This document shows, one piece after another, positions 46,700 to 55,311 of a DNA stretch of 64,000 nucleotides. Positions within the stretch are counted from its first letter, which is position 1; each line of letters opens with the position of its first letter. The DNA comes from an uncultured Pseudomonadales bacterium (GTDB taxonomy: Bacteria > Patescibacteriota > Microgenomatia > UBA1400 > PJMF01), in NCBI GenBank assembly GCA_964447075.1, contig CAYUQY010000003.1, positions 7,463-71,462 of the forward strand. Reading direction: 5' to 3'. The notes beneath the pieces are model-generated. The model made no database searches and had not been told where the DNA came from. It worked only from the letters and a program-made list of their open reading frames with translations. The position numbers and the translations under genes are program-made.

Positions 46700-46826
46700 A
46701 ATGTGCGTACTGTGGAAATCCATACAATTCATCTGATGTTTCTGTCGAAAGTGGAAGAATTAAAATTATCACAAATGCTCGTTGTCGATCATGTGGAGGT
46801 GCTGAACCTGTCTTGAATAAGTAGAG
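46700..46826 (+). pseudogene. displaced 3' segment of the IS-disrupted gene, encoding a CxxC...CxxC zinc ribbon
   Basis: Open frame ...KCAYCGNPYNSSDVSVESGRIKIITNARCRSCGGAEPVLNK* with no ATG of its own. It is in frame with the 44939 gene if the IS plus one TTGCAA copy is removed. Confidence 0.4.
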
Positions 46827-46860
46827 TAATGAGAGATTTTAGAGTATCTTTGTTCGGAAT

Positions 46861-48309
46861 TCAGTTGAAAGTGATCTCGACTCGGGCAGTGTGCACCGAA
46901 GAAGATTTGTCCAAGCCGAACTTGATTTTCCAATCCGCTGCCTGACAGAGTTCTTTGACGATGGGTAGGCCGATGCCGTGAGAAGTAGAGTCAGATTTAC
47001 TTGAGTAGCCACGCTCCCAAATTTTATCTAAGTCTAGATTCATACTACTTGAGACTTGGTTGGAGATAGAGAGTGAAAGGCGTGAGAGCTCGACATGGAT
47101 AGTGGATCCCCCAGGTGAGTTCTGTAAGGCGTTGAGAAGTAGGTTGTGGACGATAATCTTGGTTGCAACTGGGTCAAAAGCAACAGAAATATTGGGTTCA
47201 AGCGTAGTTGCGATCTTGATTTTATCTTGCTTAAACAACTGCAAGAGTTTCTCGACTTCCGCCTCGATGATCTGATTCAAACTGCAAGTATTGTCTGACA
47301 TTTTACCTTCTGAGACTTGAGCATGGAGACCGAGAGTGTCCACGACATCTTTCATCGATATCAGATCAGCCATGACAGAGTTCAGTCCAGTTTCAAAAGT
47401 TTTTTGTTTGAGACTAGCTTGCGCTGTACTTAGAGCCACACTTAAGGGCGTCAGAAGTTCGTGATAACAGTTCTGAGAGAACTGCTTGGTTTTGGCAGCG
47501 GCTTTATTTAGTGGCTTGATGAGCCACTTGGCTCCTAACCAGCCCACTGCATAGCTAAATACTGTGAGTAGGAGATTGACGGTTCCAATGTAAAAAAGAA
47601 CCAAATTTTTTGTGGCCTGAGGAAAGCGACAGTATTGACCTACCTGGACAGTAGTGCCCTGGTGAGGCGGCGAGCTTACTTGAGAGGTAAGTACATTGAC
47701 ACAAATACTATCTCGCTCGATAGTGTGAAAGCCTTGCGACTTAGGGTCAAGATTAAGACTGTTAAAAAGATCAGATGTAAAAATGATGGCGCCATCTGCG
47801 GAAAGAACACGAGAGTAGACCTGAGGATTTTGCTTGAGTGTGGCAAAAACCTGATCTAGCTCCTTGTATTGGGCCACTAACTCATCCTTACTTATTTTTT
47901 TATCTAACAAAGTTTTTTCTGGGGAAAATACTTTAGTCTGATTGACGTTGGTTAGTAGAGCTTTGGTGTTCATCTGTCCAGCTGAGTTATCGCTGGTATC
48001 AGCAGGCTCAGAGCTAGTGTTCACATTTGACAAAAAGCTAGAGTTGCGCAGCTGGAAGACGGTACTTTTTTCTTTTAAGTAGCTTGAGGACTGGTAGTCT
48101 TTGATGACTGTTTTGATGGCAGACTCTAGAGTGTCTTGCTCACTTTTTTGAAGTGCTTTATCTATTAGTTTGAAAGAGGCGAAGGTGGAGACTATAAGTA
48201 GTGAACCTACTAAAAGACTTATGAAGAGAGCAATTTTATGCTCAGTTTTACTAAGAGAAAAGTTAAAACCTGTAGGCGAGTGTTTTGTTTTTCTTGAAAA
48301 AGTGAACAT
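46861..48309 (-). CDS. sensor histidine kinase
   Basis: Two N-terminal TM helices, H-box (CYHELLTPLSVAL) and HATPase_c G-boxes at the C-terminus. Last gene of a VWA-RR-HK operon. Confidence 0.8.
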   Translation of the reverse strand: MFTFSRKTKHSPTGFNFSLSKTEHKIALFISLLVGSLLIVSTFASFKLIDKALQKSEQDTLESAIKTVIKDYQSSSYLKEKSTVFQLRNSSFLSNVNTSSEPADTSDNSAGQMNTKALLTNVNQTKVFSPEKTLLDKKISKDELVAQYKELDQVFATLKQNPQVYSRVLSADGAIIFTSDLFNSLNLDPKSQGFHTIERDSICVNVLTSQVSSPPHQGTTVQVGQYCRFPQATKNLVLFYIGTVNLLLTVFSYAVGWLGAKWLIKPLNKAAAKTKQFSQNCYHELLTPLSVALSTAQASLKQKTFETGLNSVMADLISMKDVVDTLGLHAQVSEGKMSDNTCSLNQIIEAEVEKLLQLFKQDKIKIATTLEPNISVAFDPVATKIIVHNLLLNALQNSPGGSTIHVELSRLSLSISNQVSSSMNLDLDKIWERGYSSKSDSTSHGIGLPIVKELCQAADWKIKFGLDKSSSVHTARVEITFN

Positions 48310-48324
48310 AACAGTCTTTAGTAC

Positions 48325-48981
48325 TTAGCGAATTAAGTAGCCTTTAGATTTAATAGTGGTGATGATATTTGCGCCAATTTTTTTCCTAAGTCGAGTTATG
48401 TGCACTTTAAGTGTTTCGGAAAAAGCAATGTCTGAGTGATTTCCCCAGACATGATCATAAATATCGCTGGCTGATTGGGGAGATCCACGATGAAGTATGA
48501 GGTGAGTGAGAATTTGTGTTTCTATTGGCGTTAGTGCAAGCTCGATATTATTTAGAGATGCTTGAGTGGTAGATAAGTTAAAGACGAAGTCACCTGACTT
48601 AAAAACTTGGTTTTTTTGACTGCCATTGCGCCGTGAGAGGGCTCTGATCCTGGCGAGTAGCTCTTCCATCAAAAAAGGCTTAGTCAGGTAATCATCAGCG
48701 CCACTATCTAGGCCGCCAACCTTATCTGAGAGTCCCATTCTAGCTGTAAGCATCAGAATAGGTGTGTTTAGCCCATCCTGGCGCTTGTCCTGGCACCATA
48801 CAGCTCCATCTCCATCCGGTAGTGACAAGTCGAGAATGATGACCTCAAAGTCTTGAAGTGAGATAGCCTCATCAGCCAGGTCTAGGTTGGCAGCTTGCAC
48901 AACTGAGTGGCTGTCGCTCTCGATCATAATCTTGATATTGGTCGAGAGCTTGATGTTGTCTTCGATGACTAAAACGTGCAT
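48325..48981 (-). CDS. OmpR-family response regulator
   Basis: Receiver domain (MHVLVIEDN...ILDLSLPDGDG...LMLTAR) and winged-helix C-terminus (VHITRLRKKI). Start moved to ATG 48979-48981. Confidence 0.8.
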   Translation of the reverse strand: MHVLVIEDNIKLSTNIKIMIESDSHSVVQAANLDLADEAISLQDFEVIILDLSLPDGDGAVWCQDKRQDGLNTPILMLTARMGLSDKVGGLDSGADDYLTKPFLMEELLARIRALSRRNGSQKNQVFKSGDFVFNLSTTQASLNNIELALTPIETQILTHLILHRGSPQSASDIYDHVWGNHSDIAFSETLKVHITRLRKKIGANIITTIKSKGYLIR

Positions 48982-49013
48982 ATAGGTATTGTACCTTGGA
49001 GGACGCACTTGAC

Positions 49014-50522
49014 CTATTTGTTGTAGATGAAGCTGGCCGCATCATATTGGTTACTCTTCTTAAACAGCCTACCGCTTTCGTTTTGCTTTATGTCCTGAGA
49101 GCCGACCTTGATTAAGAACTGTTGCTTGACCTCTAAAGTTCGTACTTGACTATCAAATGATCCAGGCAGGCGTTGATTGGCCGACTGGACATCTTTGAGA
49201 GTTTGATCCAGCAAGCGTCGAGCCTCATCATTTTGGACTTGATCGAGATACTTGTCTGACTGCTCCAGCTGATCGGCTACATATGCTTCCATGAAGGCTT
49301 TGTAGACAGAGTCGTCTGTGAGAGGATTGACGACCTGAGAGGTGAACTTAGGAGCTGGCACTTTCAGAGTCAGGCTTTCGGTTCGACCGGTGAGGGTACT
49401 TTTGAAGTTGACCTTAATATTGGCGATCGGCAAGCTATCTACATTGCCGTTATCTGAGGACTTGCCTTTGAGTTCAAATAAGTAGCTTACCTTGCGACCA
49501 GCAGCCACAGGCTGAGGTTGGAAAGTTGTCGAGCCAGTGTTTACATAGCCGATACTTCTTTCAAGCTTCCAAATAGGACTCAAGCCAAGATCGACAGTGA
49601 TGTCTCGTGCTGTGATGTTCATCAGGTGATCTAACTCATCGGCAAAGATACGAGGTGCATCGGTAGGGCCTTCCATAAAGTAGTATCTGCCTCGACCAGC
49701 TATAGCGACCTGACTCATGAGGTTCTCATCATAGTCAGCACCTACACCTATAGTGGTGACCGAGACTGAGTCACCAGCAAGCTGCTTGGTGAGGCGAGCT
49801 AGATCTTCAGCCTTACTAATTCCTACATTAGCCAAGCCATCAGAAAGTAAGATAACTTTTTTGAGGGCGTTAACTTTTTCGCCTCGTTGGACTGAAAGAA
49901 TTCCTTCTCGTAAGCCACCCTCGATGTTGGTACCACCATTGTCGGTAACATTTTGGACTGCAGAGACGAATTTTTCTTTGTCAAATGAGCCTGTGAAAGC
50001 TGTAGTTACAGAGTCTGAGTAGATGACAAGTGTGACTTGATCAGAGGGTAAAAGGAGATCAGCCATCTGGACTAGAGAGCTTTTTACAGAGGCTAACTTC
50101 GCACCACTCATCGAGCCACTCTTATCAAGCACTAAAGCTAGATTGAGAGGCACTCTCTCACGAGTAGTAGGTAGACTAGAACCCTCTAGTGTGACGAGAA
50201 GATAGCTAGTGCCACCTTGAGTACTTACCAGACTTGATCCTAGGATAGCTGAGGCATGTAGTCCCGCAGTTGATATGACGGTTGCTTGGCTGTCAGATGA
50301 TCCCGATTGGTGAATGATCTGTTCTGGGGCAGGTGGGGCAGAGGCAGATGGGGGAAGGCCAGATGGTGGTGGAGTGACTGGGGGAAGGGTGCCACCTATT
50401 ACTATCCTACTGATGTCTGCCCAGACCTTGCTTGGACCTCGAATGCCGATAAAAAGTAAAAGTGCTAGAGCCCCGATTGGAGCCACATTTTGCCAGAAAG
50501 GCGTTGAGAATAGTTTTTGCAT
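49014..50522 (-). CDS. von Willebrand factor type A (VWA) domain protein, membrane-anchored
   Basis: N-terminal TM, Pro-rich linker and a MIDAS motif (LVLDKSGSMSG). First gene of the operon with the RR and HK. Confidence 0.7.
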   Translation of the reverse strand: MQKLFSTPFWQNVAPIGALALLLFIGIRGPSKVWADISRIVIGGTLPPVTPPPSGLPPSASAPPAPEQIIHQSGSSDSQATVISTAGLHASAILGSSLVSTQGGTSYLLVTLEGSSLPTTRERVPLNLALVLDKSGSMSGAKLASVKSSLVQMADLLLPSDQVTLVIYSDSVTTAFTGSFDKEKFVSAVQNVTDNGGTNIEGGLREGILSVQRGEKVNALKKVILLSDGLANVGISKAEDLARLTKQLAGDSVSVTTIGVGADYDENLMSQVAIAGRGRYYFMEGPTDAPRIFADELDHLMNITARDITVDLGLSPIWKLERSIGYVNTGSTTFQPQPVAAGRKVSYLFELKGKSSDNGNVDSLPIANIKVNFKSTLTGRTESLTLKVPAPKFTSQVVNPLTDDSVYKAFMEAYVADQLEQSDKYLDQVQNDEARRLLDQTLKDVQSANQRLPGSFDSQVRTLEVKQQFLIKVGSQDIKQNESGRLFKKSNQYDAASFIYNK

Positions 50523-50580
50523 AGGGCGAGTGTAGCGCGGGACAGGTTACGGGCTGGTTACGATGAGATACAATCAGAAA

Positions 50581-51216
50581 ATGCACACATTCGTAATAGC
50601 TTCAATTAGTGCCGATGGCTACATCGCCCCGACAGCACTTGAGCGTTCCACCAACTGGACGAGTAGGGAAGACCTACGCTTTTTCATCGACCGTACGCGA
50701 CAGGCAGGAGTAATAGTGATGGGCGTCACTACATTTGGTACATTGCCCATGCAGCCCCAGCCTAAAAAAATTAACATCGTCTATTCACGCAGTGGTGTGG
50801 AGCGGGTAGAGAAGATTCGTGACCAAGCTGGCAAGAGCTACAAAGTAGTTGAGTTGGATGAGGCTTATGTTGGAAATTTAGACCAATCAATAGTTTACGT
50901 AACTTCACTCGACCCACAAAACTTGGTTAAAAAGTTGGAGACCCTGGGTTTTCCAGAACTAGCTGTGTGCGGTGGGGCGAGCATCTACGATCTGTTTTTG
51001 AGATCGGGAGTGGTGAACACACTCTATCTGACAGTCGAACCAATTGTGTTTGGTGAGGGAGTTAAATTGTTAAAGTCAGGTCTCACACGAAAAATGAAGT
51101 TGAAGAGCTCGAAGAATTTGTCGCAGGACAGTGTTTTATTGGAGTATGGATTTGATACCGGTGAGAGCATGCCAAGCGCTAGGGCGGCTTCAGAGGCAAT
51201 TTCACAAATGGCATAG
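50581..51216 (+). CDS. dihydrofolate reductase family protein (FolA / RibD-C-like)
   Basis: MHTFVIASISADGYIA...GVIVMGVTTF...KKINIVYSRS parallels the DHFR N-terminal, substrate and NADPH segments. ATG 50581 chosen. Confidence 0.6.
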   Translation: MHTFVIASISADGYIAPTALERSTNWTSREDLRFFIDRTRQAGVIVMGVTTFGTLPMQPQPKKINIVYSRSGVERVEKIRDQAGKSYKVVELDEAYVGNLDQSIVYVTSLDPQNLVKKLETLGFPELAVCGGASIYDLFLRSGVVNTLYLTVEPIVFGEGVKLLKSGLTRKMKLKSSKNLSQDSVLLEYGFDTGESMPSARAASEAISQMA

Positions 51217-51552
51217 TTATTTCTACAGAAAGTGTTAAAATTTGTTAATAATTTGGAGAAAATATGGATAACAGCGAAAATTTTTATCACATCGTGCTCA
51301 ATTTGGTTACGATTCTGATGAAGTAATTAAAAGAGAATTGATGAAATTGGCAGAGGATAAGCGGTTAGTTATTACACCTGATGAGATTAATGGAATCTGT
51401 GCTGAGCATGGTTTAGTAGCTGGTTCAGCCACCAGCCTTGCTGATGATATGCAAACAGGGGCAAGAAATGATCGCAGTGCTTCAGAAAGATATCCCGTTC
51501 GCCACAAGAGACATAGCTAGTATGGGCTTACTAATTGCAAACCAGATAGCTA

Positions 51553-51972
51553 TCAATCTAGCAACTTAAATGGAATTACGAGTTCCTTTTTTAATAGTTG
51601 CTCAAAGTGTTTTTGATTCCAACCCGGATCTTCGAAAACGAGCGGTGTGCCTTCAACTCCCTCTGGTACAAAATCATCTGGTTTTTCTGGTTCTTCATCA
51701 GCTGCATAGACCTCCTTAATGACTTGGGTTTTATTGTTTAAATCAATGAGCTTCATGCCTGGCTTAAGGCCAGTTCCTACCGATACACCATATAGTTGTA
51801 TAAAGTCGTCGCCCAACTCATCAGCTTGATCGCATAAGAAATATTTGCCACTTAAGCTGGTTTTCAGTTCGCTAAGTTTTCTCTGGACAATAGCATTACT
51901 ACGCTGCGATCGTATATATAGTACAACAACCAAGATGATAAAAAAGCAAAGAAAAAATGGAAGATAAATCAT
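51553..51972 (-). CDS. hypothetical membrane-anchored protein
   Basis: N-terminal TM (LPFFLCFFIILVVVLYI) then an acidic soluble domain. Last gene of a tight HD-RhuM-TM cluster. Confidence 0.45.
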   Translation of the reverse strand: MIYLPFFLCFFIILVVVLYIRSQRSNAIVQRKLSELKTSLSGKYFLCDQADELGDDFIQLYGVSVGTGLKPGMKLIDLNNKTQVIKEVYAADEEPEKPDDFVPEGVEGTPLVFEDPGWNQKHFEQLLKKELVIPFKLLD

Positions 51973-51975
51973 AAA

Positions 51976-53010
51976 TTACTTGGACTTTTGGGACTTCACT
52001 TTTATTGTTATCTTTTTTTCAAGTATTTTGATACTATCCAGATAGGATTTTTCTACTTCGCTCAAGGTTTTAGCTTGATATTTTTTGTATTCACTCTTAG
52101 CTTTTTCTATTGCCGCTTCGTGACTGATAGTTCCTGGATTTAGTAAGAGTTGCTCTCCGGAAGAGGTTAGGATAGCATCTAGGTGATTAGCCCAATCCTT
52201 CATAGTCATTGGTACTTCTCGCTCGGCTTGACGCTCGGCAAAATCCAGATATCCAGATACTATCTGCCCAAGCGCACGTAGCTCCTTTTCACTAAGATAA
52301 TTTTTGGCGATTACTACATCTGAAAGGTGTGGCCGTAAGCCATGAAAGGTTGTTAGACCCATAAACTCTTTTTCTGCATTTGCACGGTCATGAATGACTT
52401 CAGCGGCTGTATGCCCATGAACAGCAAAGTGTATTTTATTTTGCACTTTCTTGAAAAAAGCCACTGAGCTATCGGCAGCGACATCGTAATCAATGCTAGT
52501 AGCGTAGATATCTAGAATCTGTCGGTAGAAAACCTTTTCACTTGAGCGGATATCACGTATGCGAGTGAGGAGCTCTTTCCAGTATCCGCCCCCACCCATC
52601 CCTTTTAATCTCTCATCGTCCATCGTAAAGCCTTTGACCATGTACTCATGTAGTCGTTTAGTAGCCCATTGACGAAACTGCGTGCCACGAGCTGATTTAA
52701 CGCGATAACCAACTGAAATGACCATTTCTAGGTTATACAGATAAACATCAGATGATTGAGTTTTTCCATTGATTGCGCCATGTTTAGTGGTTATTCGGAA
52801 TTTCCGAATAACCACTTTCTCGTTTAATTCTCCGTCAATAAAAATATTTTTAATATGCTCGTTAATAGTTGATTTTGACTTGTCAAACAGAGCTGCTATT
52901 TGGTTTTGAGTTAGCCATACATTTCCATCCTCAAGGCGTACTTCTATTTTGGGAGTGCCGTCATCTGTTTGATAAATGACGATCTCGCTAATGTTCTCAT
53001 TTTCTTCCAT
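51976..53010 (-). CDS. RhuM-family (virulence protein RhuM / DinD-like) protein
   Basis: VIRKFRITTKHGAINGKTQSSDVYLYNLEMVISVGYRVKSARGTQFRQWATKRLHEYMVKGF matches the highly conserved RhuM core (...NLDAIISVGYRVNS.RATQFR.WAT..L.EY..KGF). Confidence 0.65.
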   Translation of the reverse strand: MEENENISEIVIYQTDDGTPKIEVRLEDGNVWLTQNQIAALFDKSKSTINEHIKNIFIDGELNEKVVIRKFRITTKHGAINGKTQSSDVYLYNLEMVISVGYRVKSARGTQFRQWATKRLHEYMVKGFTMDDERLKGMGGGGYWKELLTRIRDIRSSEKVFYRQILDIYATSIDYDVAADSSVAFFKKVQNKIHFAVHGHTAAEVIHDRANAEKEFMGLTTFHGLRPHLSDVVIAKNYLSEKELRALGQIVSGYLDFAERQAEREVPMTMKDWANHLDAILTSSGEQLLLNPGTISHEAAIEKAKSEYKKYQAKTLSEVEKSYLDSIKILEKKITIKVKSQKSK

Positions 53011-53016
53011 ATTTAT

Positions 53017-53670
53017 TTACCTCTTCCAATCTCCACTCTTGACTCGGTTGCGTCCGTGCATGTGCCAGTCGTGAGGATTTGAAGACTGGATGGCGAGCCA
53101 CATCTTACGTGCAGTCTCTGTAAAAAACTGCGATTCATAGACCCTTTTTCGTGTATCTGCAAAAGCGGCGCTTAGCGAGTTACCCTGAGCTTCAAGCTCC
53201 TTGATCTCCAAATCACAATCTAGATTGTCAGCATCTTTAACTATTTTGGCCTCAAGCGAGTCGCGTTTTTCATACTCTTCGAGTAGTGCTAGCATTTCCT
53301 TTTCCAAACTAGTTTGAGCAAAAATATCTGCTTTGGCAAGATCTTCATTGCGGGCTGTGTACTGACGGGAGACGTAGTGCACGTCGCCTGTACGAGACTC
53401 TGCTATGTCGTGAGCTAGGGCCATCTTTACTAGTTTGCCAGTATCCACTCCAGACTCATGAGCGGCTATTACTTGAGCAATCCAGGCCACTCGGTAACTA
53501 TGCTCTGAAACATTTTGGACAAAAGGGGAGAGGAATTGGCGCCAGGTGCGCTGCAGAAAGCGCAAAGTACCTACTTCGTAGACAAACTCTAGATCTCGAT
53601 CTGCTGACGATTGAGAAGTGCTTGAGTTGGGTGTGGTTTTTTTATTGAGCATTGTCGAGCAATTATACAA
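53017..53670 (-). CDS. HD-domain 5'-deoxynucleotidase (YfbR-like)
   Basis: NVSEHSYRVAWIAQVIA...HDIAESRTGD are the HD motifs in the YfbR arrangement. Confidence 0.7.
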   Translation of the reverse strand: MYNCSTMLNKKTTPNSSTSQSSADRDLEFVYEVGTLRFLQRTWRQFLSPFVQNVSEHSYRVAWIAQVIAAHESGVDTGKLVKMALAHDIAESRTGDVHYVSRQYTARNEDLAKADIFAQTSLEKEMLALLEEYEKRDSLEAKIVKDADNLDCDLEIKELEAQGNSLSAAFADTRKRVYESQFFTETARKMWLAIQSSNPHDWHMHGRNRVKSGDWKR

Positions 53671-53749
53671 GTGATTTTGGGCTTTTTTTACTAGGATCAG
53701 GATGGTATTCTGATCACTTAACTGCCATTTTACTTAAGGAAAGGGAGAC

Positions 53750-54388
53750 ATGATTGCTCACAAAGGTTTTTTAATATCTTTTGAAGGAGGTGAGGGAGCA
53801 GGTAAGACAGTTCAGACTAAAAGATTGGTAGAGAACTTTCAAAAACTAAATAAGCCGATTACAGCCTTGAGAGAGCCAGGCGGTACAGCTATTAGCGAGC
53901 AGATACGATCTGTTGTCCTGTCGGCTAAAAATGAGGGAATCTCCTATACATCAGAAGTTCTGCTTTTCCAGGCTGCGAGGGCTCAGATCTATTTTGAAAA
54001 AGTTTTACCAGCTCTGGAAGCAGGGGAGACGGTAGTTATGGATCGTACGAGAGATTCATCGGTAGTGTACCAAGGTATAGTGCGAAAATTTGGTCGAGAC
54101 TTGATCGATCAGCTGAACACTATCTCCACTAAGGACACTTATCCAGACATGACATTTCTTCTAGATGTCCCAGCAGCTTTGGGCTTGGAGCGTTGCAACT
54201 TGGCCGGTAATGGTAATCGTTTTGAGCTTGAGGGTTTGGAGTTTCACGAAGGAGTAAGACAAGCATACTTGATGCTCGCAAATGAAGATACGACTGGGCG
54301 TTGGATTATTGTTGATGCCTCGCGATCACTAGAAGAGGTAGAGGCAGAGCTTTGGGAAAAGATTCAAAAGAAGTTGAAGTCTTTATGA
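53750..54388 (+). CDS. tmk: thymidylate kinase
   Basis: P-loop FLISFEGGEGAGKTVQ and the overall dTMP kinase pattern (DRTRDSSVVYQG). Confidence 0.85.
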   Translation: MIAHKGFLISFEGGEGAGKTVQTKRLVENFQKLNKPITALREPGGTAISEQIRSVVLSAKNEGISYTSEVLLFQAARAQIYFEKVLPALEAGETVVMDRTRDSSVVYQGIVRKFGRDLIDQLNTISTKDTYPDMTFLLDVPAALGLERCNLAGNGNRFELEGLEFHEGVRQAYLMLANEDTTGRWIIVDASRSLEEVEAELWEKIQKKLKSL

Positions 54389-54423
54389 GTTGGTAAGTAC
54401 AGATAATTAAAATGGGGCGGGCC

Positions 54424-54447
54424 TTCCGGCCCGCCCCAGCTATTTCC
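54424..54447. terminator. bidirectional intrinsic terminator (perfect 10-bp GC stem, TTCC loop)
   Basis: GGGGCGGGCC-TTCC-GGCCCGCCCC lies between the convergent tmk and 54471..55052 genes. An A/T-rich run follows on the minus-strand side. Confidence 0.7.
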
Positions 54448-54470
54448 AAACAAATTACCCTAAACCAAAA

Positions 54471-55052
54471 TTACCTAGCAGTTATCACTACTGGTAGAGA
54501 GTAACGATTTCGATCTTGTGAAACCTCAAATCTGTAGTTTGTGCCAGACTGGAGACCACCAATGGTCACTCCACCCTCATCACAACTAGCAGCTGTGGCG
54601 TACGTGTAGACTTTACTAACATTCTCGGTGTAGCGAACGTGGCAAGTGCCGCCTCGCATACCCCAACCAAGCCAAACTTGGCCATCAGCAGCATTTTGGA
54701 CATAGGCACTAGACATGTTGACATATCCTGAGTTTTTCATGACTCTATTGGAAGGTAGTTTTACGTACTTTCCCTTTAGGTTTTTTCCGGCCATCTGGCG
54801 TACTTTCTGAGCTCTCATTTGCCTTGTAGCATGGTTAGGAACCATCAAATATTGGCTTTGTGAGCCAGACTGTGTTCCACTTGCAGTAGCTTCGATATTG
54901 GTAGCCGAGCCATTCTCGAGTTTTACACTCGAGTTGACAGTTTGGGTAAACTGTTGAGACTGTTCCATAACCTGAGCAGACACTGGCACTGCGCCAAGAG
55001 TCAAAGCTGATGCTGAGGCTAATAACCCCAAGACAAGGTGTTTATTGATCAT
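54471..55052 (-). CDS. secreted hypothetical protein (signal peptide; FN3-like beta domain)
   Basis: N-terminal signal (LVLGLLASASALTLGAVPVSA). The C-terminal segment resembles the FN3-like units of the 3054..5720 surface protein. Confidence 0.5.
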   Translation of the reverse strand: MINKHLVLGLLASASALTLGAVPVSAQVMEQSQQFTQTVNSSVKLENGSATNIEATASGTQSGSQSQYLMVPNHATRQMRAQKVRQMAGKNLKGKYVKLPSNRVMKNSGYVNMSSAYVQNAADGQVWLGWGMRGGTCHVRYTENVSKVYTYATAASCDEGGVTIGGLQSGTNYRFEVSQDRNRYSLPVVITAR

Positions 55053-55311
55053 ATTTCTCCTTTTTAGAGGTGCTTATTATATCATATAGTGTCATTTTGA
55101 AAATCTTATGAGACTTAAGCACAAGACTTAAACAGTAGGCATTTGAGTGTTTTTGTGCTAACTTTAGGACCATGATTAAGTCATCTATCATCACCCTCAC
55201 GAGCTTTTCTACCTGCTGAAGTAGTCTATTATTTTGGCAAGCTTTTCAGATTTACTTTTTTCACCATCCTTTTTACATTTTTGGCAGTATTATTGATTCT
55301 TAGGAGAACAT

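Noticed and set aside
51024-51552. Small ORFs 51024-51290 (minus), 51307-51507 (minus) and 51338-51520 (plus)
   Set aside because: They are mutually overlapping with no RBS. The plus-strand one is TTG-initiated. A frame-shifted pair (MDNSENFYHIVLNLVTILMK* followed by ...DSDEVIKRELMKLAEDKRLVITPDEING...) could be a decayed gene, but I cannot support any product.
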